Positions 27,144 through 35,826 of a stretch of DNA of 64,000 nt are shown piece by piece. The stretch's first letter is position 1. Each line of letters begins with the position of its first letter. Origin of the DNA: Candidatus Omnitrophota bacterium. GTDB taxonomy: Bacteria > Omnitrophota > Gorgyraeia > 2-01-FULL-45-10. The notes under the pieces were generated by a model. It saw only the letters and a program-made list of their open reading frames with translations. It searched no databases and was not told the DNA's origin. The stretch is from assembly GCA_028715345.1 (NCBI GenBank), contig JAQUSB010000008.1, positions 437 through 64,436 of the forward strand, in the 5' to 3' direction. The translations under genes and the position numbers were made by a program.

Positions 27144-27443
27144 ATGAAAACAATAGACAGTAAGATAGTCAAGCACGTTGCCCACCTGGCGAGGCTTGAG
27201 CTGGACGATAAAGAGCTGAAAGAGTATAGCGGGCAATTAGCTTCAATATTATCTTATATAAGCAAATTAAATGAAATAGATACAGCCAATGTCGTTCCTA
27301 CGAGTCACGCCCTGACGACACTCAAGAACGTTTTCCGTAAAGACGTCCCCAGAAAGTCGCTCGGCCCGGACGAAGCCCTTGCCAACGCGCCTTCCAAAGA
27401 GGATGATTTCTTCAGAGTGCCTCAAATATTAGAGGGTAAGTAG
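27144..27443 (+). CDS. gatC: Asp/Glu-tRNA amidotransferase subunit C
   Basis: 99 aa; GatC-like sequence HVAHLARLELDDKELKEYSGQL; precedes gatA and gatB. Confidence 0.8.
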   Translation: MKTIDSKIVKHVAHLARLELDDKELKEYSGQLASILSYISKLNEIDTANVVPTSHALTTLKNVFRKDVPRKSLGPDEALANAPSKEDDFFRVPQILEGK

Positions 27444-28889
27444 ATGGAAAACCTTTACTCTCTAACGGCCCACAAATTAAAAGAGCTGATGACAAAAGGT
27501 GAAACAACCCCTGCCGCGGTCGCGGAACAATTATTTTCCAGGATAGAAAAATGCGACGGTAAAATAAAGGCCGTCGTTTTTAACGGCAAAGATAACGCGC
27601 TGAAGAACGCCGTGGCCTCTTCGGGTAAGAATGGCAGATTGGCGGGCGTCCCGGTCTTATTGAAGGATAATATATGCGTGAAGGGCGAACCTACGACATG
27701 CGCCTCAAAGATATTGGCGGGATTCAGGCCGCCGTATGACGCAACGGTGACGCGCAAGCTCAAAGATGCCGGCGCGGTCCTGATAGGCAAAGCGAATATG
27801 GACGAGTTCGCGTTCGGGTCCTCATGTGAGACGTCGTGTTACGGGCCGACGAAAAACCCGTGGGACACCGCGCGCATCCCGGGCGGCTCATCCGGCGGCT
27901 CGGCGGCAGCCGTCGCCTCCGACGAGACGATACTCGCCCTCGGTTCCGACACGGGCGGCTCGATCAGGCAGCCGGCCGCGCTATGCGGGGTCGTGGGGCT
28001 AAAGCCGACTTACGGCAGGGTGTCGCGCTACGGCCTGATCGCGTTCGCTTCATCTCTCGACCAGATCGGCCCGATCACCAAAGACACCGAGGATGCCGCG
28101 CTTCTGTTGAGTGTGATCGCCGGCTACGACGAGATGGACTCCACCTCGGTCGATTTACCCGTTCCCGATTACTCGAAAGCGCTGACGAAGAATGTAAAAG
28201 GCCTGCGCATCGGCGTGCCGAAAGAATATTTCATCGAAGGGCTCGATAAAGAGGTCGAGGCGAGTGTCAGGAGCGCAGTCGCGCTTCTGAAGTCTCTGGG
28301 CGCGGAAGTAAAAGAGATATCCCTGCCGCATACGGAATACGCGGTCAGTACATATTACATCGTCGCTACGGCCGAGGCCAGCTCCAACCTCGCCCGGTTC
28401 GACGGCGTTCAGTACGGCCTCAGGGCGGACAATGCCAAAGACATGATCGACATGTACATAAAGACGCGGTCGCAGGGCTTCGGCAACGAGGCGAAGAGAA
28501 GGATACTTCTCGGCACATATTGCCTGTCGACGGGCTACTATGACGCGTATTATCTTAAAGCGCAGAAAGTCAGGACGAAGATACGCGAAGATTTCGATAA
28601 AGCTTTCCGGGCGTGCGACTGCATAATTACGCCTACCTCCCCGACGCCCGCCTTCAAGATCGGCGAGAAGACGAACGACCCGCTGAGCATGTACCTTTCC
28701 GATATATATACGATACCGGCGAACCTCGCGGGGCTTCCGGCGATCTCGATACCGTGCGGGTTCTCGAAAGAAGGGTTGCCGATAGGAATGCAGATCCTCG
28801 CGAAGGCATTCGACGAAGAGACGATATTCAGGGCCGCGTACACATTCGAGCAGAGTACGGAATTTTACAGGAAGAGGCCGAAGATATGA
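27444..28889 (+). CDS. gatA: Asp/Glu-tRNA amidotransferase subunit A
   Basis: Amidase signature GGSSGGSAAAVA, 481 aa. Confidence 0.9.
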   Translation: MENLYSLTAHKLKELMTKGETTPAAVAEQLFSRIEKCDGKIKAVVFNGKDNALKNAVASSGKNGRLAGVPVLLKDNICVKGEPTTCASKILAGFRPPYDATVTRKLKDAGAVLIGKANMDEFAFGSSCETSCYGPTKNPWDTARIPGGSSGGSAAAVASDETILALGSDTGGSIRQPAALCGVVGLKPTYGRVSRYGLIAFASSLDQIGPITKDTEDAALLLSVIAGYDEMDSTSVDLPVPDYSKALTKNVKGLRIGVPKEYFIEGLDKEVEASVRSAVALLKSLGAEVKEISLPHTEYAVSTYYIVATAEASSNLARFDGVQYGLRADNAKDMIDMYIKTRSQGFGNEAKRRILLGTYCLSTGYYDAYYLKAQKVRTKIREDFDKAFRACDCIITPTSPTPAFKIGEKTNDPLSMYLSDIYTIPANLAGLPAISIPCGFSKEGLPIGMQILAKAFDEETIFRAAYTFEQSTEFYRKRPKI

Positions 28890-30316
28890 AGTACGAGACG
28901 GTCATAGGGCTGGAAGTCCACCTGCAGCTGGCGACGAATACCAAGGCGTTCTGCGGCTGCTCGACCAAATTCGGGCAGAGAGCGAATTCCCAGGTCTGCC
29001 CGGTCTGCCTGGGATTTCCCGGAAGCCTGCCGGTGCTGAACGAGGAAGCCTTCAGGTTCGCGATAAAGGTCGCCCTCGCCCTGAATTGCCGGATACAGAG
29101 CCTCATAAAATTCGACAGAAAAAATTATTACTATCCCGACCTGCCGAAAAATTTCCAGATATCACAATACGATATGCCGCTTTCATATGATGGTTTTATC
29201 GACATAAACGCGAACGGCGGCACTAAAAGGATCAGGATAAAACGCGTACACATGGAAGAAGACGCGGGCAAGCTAATGCACCCGGAAGGGGAAGACTGCA
29301 GCCTTGTCGATTATAATCGCGGCGGGATGCCCTTATTGGAGATAGTGACGGAGCCTGATATCAATTCGCCGCAGGAAGCGTATGATTACCTCACCAAACT
29401 GAAATCGATCCTCGAGTATTTAAGGGTGTCGGATTGCGATATGGAGAAGGGGTCGCTCAGGTGCGATGCGAATATATCGCTCAGGCCGAAGGGCGAAAAG
29501 AAGTTGGGCACCAAGGTAGAGCTTAAGAACATGAATTCGTTCAAGGGTGTCAGAAGCGGCTTAGAGTATGAAGAGAAAAGGCAGGAGTCCGTCCTCGAGG
29601 ACGGCGGCAAACTCGTCCAGGAGACGCGCCTCTGGAACGCGGATAAAGCTGTCACTGCGTCGATGCGCACGAAGGAAGAGGCGGAAGATTACAGGTATTT
29701 CCCGGAACCGGATCTTGTGCCTTTCGTTGTGGATAAAAATGAGATCGAAGAGATAAGAAAAGCCCTGCCGGAACTTCCCGAAGCCAGAGGAGCGCGGTTC
29801 AAAAAAGAATTCGCTTTATCCGATTACGACGCGGATGTTTTGACAAGCCAGATAGACCTCGCCGATTATTATGAGGCCTGCGTTAAACTTTACCCGAACG
29901 CCAAAGTCGTGGCAAATTGGCTGATGGGCGATATCTCTGCGGCCCTGAATGACAAAAATATAAAAGTTACGGAGCTAGGGCTTTCTCCGGAAGGACTAGC
30001 CGGACTTCTGAAAATGATAGACTCGGGCGCTATCAGCGGCAAGATGGCGAAGGATATATTGGCCGAATCGATCGAGACAAAGGCAATCCCCGAAGATATA
30101 GTGAAAAAGAAAGGGCTGACGCAAATAAGCGATGCCGGGGCGATCGAAGAGATCGTAAAGAAAGTCGTCGAGAGAGAAGTTAAAACGGTCAATGACTATA
30201 AGGGCGGTAAAAAGACGGCGCTCGGTTTCCTGGTCGGACAGGTAATGAAAGAGAGTAAGGGCAAGGCCAATCCCGGCAAGGTGAACGAGATACTGAAGAA
30301 AGTTTTGGGGGATTGA
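28886..30316 (+). CDS. gatB: Asp/Glu-tRNA amidotransferase subunit B
   Basis: Start at ATG 28886 (MKYETVIGLEVHLQL), 4-nt overlap with gatA. The longer ORF from 28613 is an out-of-context extension. Confidence 0.9.
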   Translation: MKYETVIGLEVHLQLATNTKAFCGCSTKFGQRANSQVCPVCLGFPGSLPVLNEEAFRFAIKVALALNCRIQSLIKFDRKNYYYPDLPKNFQISQYDMPLSYDGFIDINANGGTKRIRIKRVHMEEDAGKLMHPEGEDCSLVDYNRGGMPLLEIVTEPDINSPQEAYDYLTKLKSILEYLRVSDCDMEKGSLRCDANISLRPKGEKKLGTKVELKNMNSFKGVRSGLEYEEKRQESVLEDGGKLVQETRLWNADKAVTASMRTKEEAEDYRYFPEPDLVPFVVDKNEIEEIRKALPELPEARGARFKKEFALSDYDADVLTSQIDLADYYEACVKLYPNAKVVANWLMGDISAALNDKNIKVTELGLSPEGLAGLLKMIDSGAISGKMAKDILAESIETKAIPEDIVKKKGLTQISDAGAIEEIVKKVVEREVKTVNDYKGGKKTALGFLVGQVMKESKGKANPGKVNEILKKVLGD

Positions 30317-30321
30317 ATACG

Positions 30322-31608
30322 ATGAAACGGTTCAGGGTCATAGTGTTCGCGGCGGTCCTGGTCGTCCTTGCGGCATCCATTGCCATAAGCGGCCACGAAA
30401 AAGAGGCTCAGGGTAAAGATAAGGCGAAAGTTTCCAAGAGCGACCTGTACACCCAGCTGGAGTTATTTGCGGACGCGATAAGCCTCGTGAGAGCCAATTA
30501 TGTGGATGAGGTGGATCCGAAGAAGATCATATACGGCGCCATGAGAGGGATGCTCGCAAGCCTCGACGACTACAGCCAATTCATGGATCCTGAGGAGTAC
30601 GAAGAGATAAGGACCGAGACCAAAGGAGAGTTCGGCGGCATCGGCACCGAGATATCGATCAGGGACGGCATACTTACGATCATAACGCCTATCGCGGGGA
30701 CGCCCGCGGAAGAAGCCGGGATAAAACCGGGCGACAAAGTGGTCAAGATAAACGGCAAGATAACGAAAAATATAACGCTCAGCGACGCGGCCAAACAGAT
30801 GCGCGGCAAACCCGGCTCTATGGTCACCCTTACTATATGGCGCGAAAAAGACCAGAAGATAATGAATGTCCCTATAAAACGGGCTGTCATAAAGATCCGG
30901 AGCGTGAAAAGGGCCGAACTAGTCGACGGCAAGACCGGATATATAAGGCTGGTCGAGTTCCAGGATACGACGAAGCGGGAGCTTGAAGAGGCGCTGAAAA
31001 AACTCGAATCTCAGGGCATGGACGCGCTCATACTCGATCTTCGGTATAACCCGGGCGGTGTCCTTGAAGCGGCGATAGACGTTGCCGAGAAATTTTTGCC
31101 GAAAGACAAGGTAATAGTTTCTATTAAAGCGAGAGAGCCGGAACAGAACGCGGTTTTCAAATCGAGCGGAAGATATACTCATCCCGATCATCCCCTGATA
31201 ATACTTGTGAACGAGGGGTCGGCGAGCGCGGCGGAAATAGTTGCCGGCGCGACACAGGATAACAAACGGGGTATTGTGTTGGGGGCCAAGACGTACGGCA
31301 AAGCATCGGTCCAGACAGTTGTTCCTTTGAGGGACGGATCGGCCGTGCGCCTTACGACAGCGGCATACCTGACACCTTCCGGTAAACTCATAAAGGATAG
31401 CGGCATACTCCCGGACGTCGCGGTGGAATTGAAGGAAACGGCGGGCGACATGGCTGGCAGCCCGGAAGAGGTTTTTGAAAAAGTCGCGGAAGGTAAGAGC
31501 GGGAAAAAAGACGCCCCCGGCAAAGATAAATTGGAAATGGATAATCAATTGGAAGCGGCCGTCAACCTTATGAAAGCGATAAAAGTTTATTCCAAGGAGA
31601 AGGTGTGA
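30322..31608 (+). CDS. Carboxyl-terminal processing protease (S41) with PDZ domain
   Basis: Signal peptide, PDZ domain (GIKPGDKVVKING), S41 catalytic region (NEGSASAAEIVAGA ... K). Confidence 0.85.
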   Translation: MKRFRVIVFAAVLVVLAASIAISGHEKEAQGKDKAKVSKSDLYTQLELFADAISLVRANYVDEVDPKKIIYGAMRGMLASLDDYSQFMDPEEYEEIRTETKGEFGGIGTEISIRDGILTIITPIAGTPAEEAGIKPGDKVVKINGKITKNITLSDAAKQMRGKPGSMVTLTIWREKDQKIMNVPIKRAVIKIRSVKRAELVDGKTGYIRLVEFQDTTKRELEEALKKLESQGMDALILDLRYNPGGVLEAAIDVAEKFLPKDKVIVSIKAREPEQNAVFKSSGRYTHPDHPLIILVNEGSASAAEIVAGATQDNKRGIVLGAKTYGKASVQTVVPLRDGSAVRLTTAAYLTPSGKLIKDSGILPDVAVELKETAGDMAGSPEEVFEKVAEGKSGKKDAPGKDKLEMDNQLEAAVNLMKAIKVYSKEKV

Positions 31609-32462
31609 AGGCCCGGAACAAAAAGAAAGCCAAGAACGTTTTGATCGCTTTGTCCATCCTGGTATTGGTGCTGGCGGCTTTCTACCTGGGGCAGAGGACA
31701 CAAGTAACCGTTAAGAAGAAAGAGCCGGTAAAAAAAGCAGCGAAAGTACGGGCTATCAAAAAAAAGAGCACGCCCGTATCGCCCGCGGTGAAGCCGTCCA
31801 GGGGCGCGAAGGTAGCGATAGTTATAGACGATTTCGGTTACAATACGAATAATCTCGCCGTGTTCTTTGATATAAAGGAGCCGCTTACATTTTCCATCCT
31901 GCCGAATCTCCGTTACTCGCGTGAAATAGCCAAGAGCGCAAGAGAGCACGGTTGTGAATCGATCCTGCACCTGCCCATGGCGTCTCACAGGAAAGACGTC
32001 GCCGAAGAGGCCGACACCATAAAACCGGGTGAGAGTAAAAAAGAGGTCCTCGCCCGGCTCTCGAAGGACATAGGATCGGTCCCCGGCATTAGCGGGGTCT
32101 CCAACCATATGGGATCGCTGGCGACGGAAGACAAAGAATTGATGACGGAAATATTCGAATATCTTAAAAAACGCAATCTGTATTTTTTTGACAGCCTTAC
32201 TTCCGAAAAGTCGGTATGCGGGGATGTCGCGGGATCGGTGAATATAAGATTTGCCAAAAGAGATATGTTCCTCGATAATTCCAATAATGTCGACAAGATC
32301 GAGGGGGAACTTAGCGAACTGAAAAAAATGGCCCTGAAGAGAGGCCGCGCCATCGCGATATGCCATGACAGGAAGAATACGGCGATAGCCCTGGCGAAAG
32401 CGATGCCGCAGATGGTCAAAGAGGGGATCGAGTTTGTGTACCTTTCGGATATGGTAAAGTGA
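31605..32462 (+). CDS. Divergent polysaccharide deacetylase (YibQ-like)
   Basis: GTG start; N-terminal TM helix; VAIVIDDFGYN motif typical of YibQ-type deacetylases. Confidence 0.7.
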   Translation: MKARNKKKAKNVLIALSILVLVLAAFYLGQRTQVTVKKKEPVKKAAKVRAIKKKSTPVSPAVKPSRGAKVAIVIDDFGYNTNNLAVFFDIKEPLTFSILPNLRYSREIAKSAREHGCESILHLPMASHRKDVAEEADTIKPGESKKEVLARLSKDIGSVPGISGVSNHMGSLATEDKELMTEIFEYLKKRNLYFFDSLTSEKSVCGDVAGSVNIRFAKRDMFLDNSNNVDKIEGELSELKKMALKRGRAIAICHDRKNTAIALAKAMPQMVKEGIEFVYLSDMVK

Positions 32463-32463
32463 C

Positions 32464-33486
32464 ATGCTGACATTGGGCATAGAATCGTCCTGCGACGAGA
32501 CGAGCGTATCCGTTACGAACGGGCGTAAGGTCCTCTCGAATGTCGTTTCGTCGAGCGTCCATCTGCACAAAAAATACGGCGGCGTTGTCCCCGAGATAGC
32601 GTCGCGGTTCCACGTAGAGTATATAATAGAAGTTTTAGAGAAGGCTTTAAGGTCGTCGGGCAAAAGCCTGAAAGATGTCCGTCTGGTGGCCGTTACCAAC
32701 GGCCCGGGGCTCGTCGGGGCGCTCCTGACGGGGATATCGGTGGCGAAGTCGATAAGCTACAGTATAGACAGGCCGCTTATCGGGGTCAACCACATACTCG
32801 CTCATTTGTACAGTTCGTTCCTGAACGAAGAGCCGCCCGAATTCCCGTTCGTCGGACTTGTGGTGTCGGGCGGGCATACGGCATTATTCTATTGCGAGGA
32901 CACCGGTTCGCAGCGCCTTCTGGGATCGACCCAGGACGACGCCGTAGGCGAAGCATATGATAAAGTGGCGAAGATACTGGGGCTCGGGTACCCCGGCGGC
33001 CCGGTCATCGACCGGCTCGCCAAGAAAGCGTTCGGAGAGAGCGCGATACCTTTCCCGAAGAGCTATCTCGGCAAAGGCTCTCTCGATTTCAGTTTCAGCG
33101 GTGTAAAGACCGCCGTTCTGTACTACGTGCATAACCTGCGCCAGAGAAAACACGAACTCGGTAAAAAAGAGATACAGGATATATGTTATTCGTTCCAGGA
33201 GGCCGCGCTTGACGCATTGGTCGATAAAGTGATCAAGGCCGCCGAGATGACAGGGTCGAAGCGCATTGTCGTAGGCGGCGGGGTGGCGGCCAATTCCAGG
33301 CTGAGGGAGAAGATGGCGGAGCTTGCGTCATTTTCTTCTATGAAAATACATTTTCCTGAGTTAAAATATTGTATGGACAACGCCGCCATGATCGGCTACC
33401 TGGGCGAAACGCTTTACAAAAAAGGCTCGAGGAGCGGCCTGTATCTTTCAGCGGAACCTAATCTGGAGATAATAAATGTTAAATGA
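32464..33486 (+). CDS. tsaD: tRNA N6-adenosine threonylcarbamoyltransferase
   Basis: MLTLGIESSCDETSVSV N-terminus; Kae1/TsaD fold, 340 aa. Confidence 0.9.
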   Translation: MLTLGIESSCDETSVSVTNGRKVLSNVVSSSVHLHKKYGGVVPEIASRFHVEYIIEVLEKALRSSGKSLKDVRLVAVTNGPGLVGALLTGISVAKSISYSIDRPLIGVNHILAHLYSSFLNEEPPEFPFVGLVVSGGHTALFYCEDTGSQRLLGSTQDDAVGEAYDKVAKILGLGYPGGPVIDRLAKKAFGESAIPFPKSYLGKGSLDFSFSGVKTAVLYYVHNLRQRKHELGKKEIQDICYSFQEAALDALVDKVIKAAEMTGSKRIVVGGGVAANSRLREKMAELASFSSMKIHFPELKYCMDNAAMIGYLGETLYKKGSRSGLYLSAEPNLEIINVK

Positions 33487-34147
33487 TTGGAATATTCTGT
33501 TGCGTCTGATCCTGGCCGCGCTTCTCAGCGGCGCCATAGGTTTTGAGCGCGAATTTCACGGCAGGGCCGCAGGGTTCAGGACCCATATCCTTTTGTGCGT
33601 CGGCTCCACTCTCATCATGCTCACCTCGATGCATATATTCGACCTTTACGACTCTAAAGTTTCTTTGGATCCGGCCAGGATAGCGGCAGGCGTGATCACC
33701 GGTATAGGATTTCTCGGCGCCGGCACTATCATGCACGCCAAGTCCGCGGTCAGAGGCCTCACTACCGCGGCGAGCCTCTGGGTCGTCGCCGGCATAGGGC
33801 TGGCGGTGGGCTCAGGATTTTATTACGGCGCTATAATAACGACGGTCCTCACGATGATAACCCTGATGCTCTTTTCCCGCCTGGAACACGCGATGATACG
33901 CAAAGACTGGTACAGGACAGTAATAATCGAATCCAGAGAAGGAATAAACCAGCTCAAGGCCATAAGAGAGATAATATCGGACTGCAAATCGGAGATAACG
34001 GATTTTGAAGTGGATAAAGCCGGGGACGGCGTAAATATGGTCCTGAGGATCGGGCTTAAATTATATACGGTGAGGATTGCCGACCAGCTGATAGATGACT
34101 TGAGCCATCTGGACGGCGTGAAGCACGTGAAGTGGGAAGCGGAGTAA
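33476..34147 (+). CDS. MgtC/SapB family membrane protein
   Basis: LLSGAIGFEREFHGRAAGFRTHILLCVGSTL MgtC signature followed by a C-terminal soluble ACT-like domain. Confidence 0.8.
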   Translation: MLNDWNILLRLILAALLSGAIGFEREFHGRAAGFRTHILLCVGSTLIMLTSMHIFDLYDSKVSLDPARIAAGVITGIGFLGAGTIMHAKSAVRGLTTAASLWVVAGIGLAVGSGFYYGAIITTVLTMITLMLFSRLEHAMIRKDWYRTVIIESREGINQLKAIREIISDCKSEITDFEVDKAGDGVNMVLRIGLKLYTVRIADQLIDDLSHLDGVKHVKWEAE

Positions 34148-34166
34148 TAACACGGGGAGGTGCGAT

Positions 34167-34709
34167 ATGATGGGAAAGAAAGACAGAAGGCACGAAGTGG
34201 AAAAGGTTTTGGATGTCGATGCTTCGATGCAGGGCTCTCTCTCATTTAAAGACCCTGTGAATTTACGCATTAACGGCAAGTTCGAAGGGATATTGAATAC
34301 GAAAGGTAACCTGATGATAGGCGAACACGCCTCAGTGAACGCGGATATTTCCGGAGAATCCGTGGTAGTGGCCGGGAGGGTGACAGGCAATATAAACGCG
34401 CTGAAAGAACTCAAATTGATAGCTCCTGCGTGCGTCGTGGGCGATATCTCCTCGCCGCTTCTCAGCATCTCGGAGGGCGCGGTCTTCGAAGGTAACTGCA
34501 AGATGCTTGCCCACTCAAAGGTAGAAACCGCGCATACGTCGCCTGCTATGATGACGGTGGAAGAATTGGCAAAATACCTGGAGGTCGAGGTCGGGGTTAT
34601 TTCCGAATGGGTCAATTCGGGAAAGATCCCGGGCATGAAAGAGGGGGACAACTGGAGATTCGACCGGAACAGAATAGACGCGTGGGTCGCGGAAGGAAAG
34701 ATAAAATAA
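34167..34709 (+). CDS. Bactofilin-domain protein fused to a C-terminal excisionase-type helix-turn-helix (HTH_17) domain
   Basis: Residues about 20-115 form a bactofilin/DUF583 beta-helical repeat region (GNLMIGEHASVNADISGESVVVAGRVTGNINA...). The C-terminal 55 aa (MTVEELAKYLEVEVGVISEWVNSGKIPGMKEGDNWRFDRNRIDAWV) are an excisionase-family HTH. Strong RBS gggaggtg. Confidence 0.65.
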   Translation: MMGKKDRRHEVEKVLDVDASMQGSLSFKDPVNLRINGKFEGILNTKGNLMIGEHASVNADISGESVVVAGRVTGNINALKELKLIAPACVVGDISSPLLSISEGAVFEGNCKMLAHSKVETAHTSPAMMTVEELAKYLEVEVGVISEWVNSGKIPGMKEGDNWRFDRNRIDAWVAEGKIK

Positions 34710-35108
34710 ATGCCCGAAAAATTATTGAGCATAAAAGAAGTGGCGGACTACCTGAAGATACCTGAGGAAGAGGTTAAGCGCCTCGTCGATGTGGGCGAGA
34801 TACCGGCTTACAAGATAGGCGATACGTTCCTCAGGTTCCGGAAAGAGCAGATAGACGCCATACGTTCCGAGATATCCGAGATCGAGACCAAAGAACCGGA
34901 ACGCGCCAGGCCCGTACTCGACCAGAAGGGCCGTCCCGCGCATACGTATACCAAGATGGAGCGGGAGATAAAACGGAAAGAGCCGACGACGCGCCGATAT
35001 GATTACACGATCACGGAGCGGATAAAAGACTTTTTCTATTTTAACGATTTTTACATCATATCTTTTCTTCTCATAGTGGTTTTAATGTATCTTATCTTCA
35101 AAACATAA
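34710..35108 (+). CDS. Excisionase-family HTH protein with C-terminal transmembrane anchor
   Basis: N-terminal LLSIKEVADYLKIPEEEVKRLVDVGEIPAYKIGDTFLRFRKEQIDAI (HTH_17), charged linker, C-terminal hydrophobic helix FYIISFLLIVVLMYLIF. Start overlaps the previous stop (TAAATG). Confidence 0.55.
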   Translation: MPEKLLSIKEVADYLKIPEEEVKRLVDVGEIPAYKIGDTFLRFRKEQIDAIRSEISEIETKEPERARPVLDQKGRPAHTYTKMEREIKRKEPTTRRYDYTITERIKDFFYFNDFYIISFLLIVVLMYLIFKT

Positions 35109-35114
35109 TACAAA

Positions 35115-35816
35115 ATGGCCGACGCTACCGCCCGGATGCTTAAAGAAAAGCCCAATAGCCCGCTGTACGATGATATCGGTTTCGCAAAGATAGACAATCA
35201 CAGGAAAGCGCGAAGAGGCTTTCCTGAGGTTGTATTCGGCAAAGGGAAGACGACCGACCAGGTCGTAAAGATATCGGAGAAGATCGTAAAACACGACGGG
35301 ATACTCCTTATTACGCACGCGGATAAAAAAGCGTTCCTGAGATTAAAACGATCCTGCCCCGGTATCAAATTCGACGAAAAAGCGCGTATAATAAGCTACA
35401 GGAAAGACAGGCCGGTCTTAAAAAAAGGGCTTGTCCTTATAATAACGGCCGGGACCGCTGACTTGCCCGTAGCCATGGAAGCCAAAGCTACACTGGAAAT
35501 AATGGGCAACAGGGCGGAGATACTTTGCGATGTCGGCGTCGCCGGCATACACAGGCTTCTCGGTAAGCAGGATGTTCTCGACAGCGCCGAGGTGGTCATT
35601 GTAATAGCCGGCATGGAAGGCGCCCTGGCAAGCGTCGTCAGCGGCCTTGTGTCGAAGGCCGTCATCGCCGTTCCGACGAGCGTGGGCTACGGCGCGTCAT
35701 TCGAAGGCATCGCGCCGCTTCTTACCATGATGAACAGCTGTTCGCCCGGCGTCGCCGTAGTGAATATCGATAACGGGTTCGGGGCGGCGTATTTCGCGTC
35801 GCTTATAAACAGATAG
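35115..35816 (+). CDS. larB: Nickel-pincer nucleotide cofactor biosynthesis protein LarB (PurE-like carboxylase/hydrolase)
   Basis: N-terminal LarB-specific region (DIGFAKIDNHRKARRGFPEVVFGKGKT) plus PurE-like domain (LIITAGTADLPVAME...IAGMEGALASVVSG). Confidence 0.8.
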   Translation: MADATARMLKEKPNSPLYDDIGFAKIDNHRKARRGFPEVVFGKGKTTDQVVKISEKIVKHDGILLITHADKKAFLRLKRSCPGIKFDEKARIISYRKDRPVLKKGLVLIITAGTADLPVAMEAKATLEIMGNRAEILCDVGVAGIHRLLGKQDVLDSAEVVIVIAGMEGALASVVSGLVSKAVIAVPTSVGYGASFEGIAPLLTMMNSCSPGVAVVNIDNGFGAAYFASLINR

Positions 35817-35826
35817 ACGGAGATCC

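Noticed and set aside
28613-28885. 5' extension of the gatB ORF (track start 28613)
   Set aside because: It overlaps the 3' end of gatA. The ATG at 28886 gives the conserved GatB start MKYETVIGLEVH with a 4-nt overlap typical of gatCAB operons.
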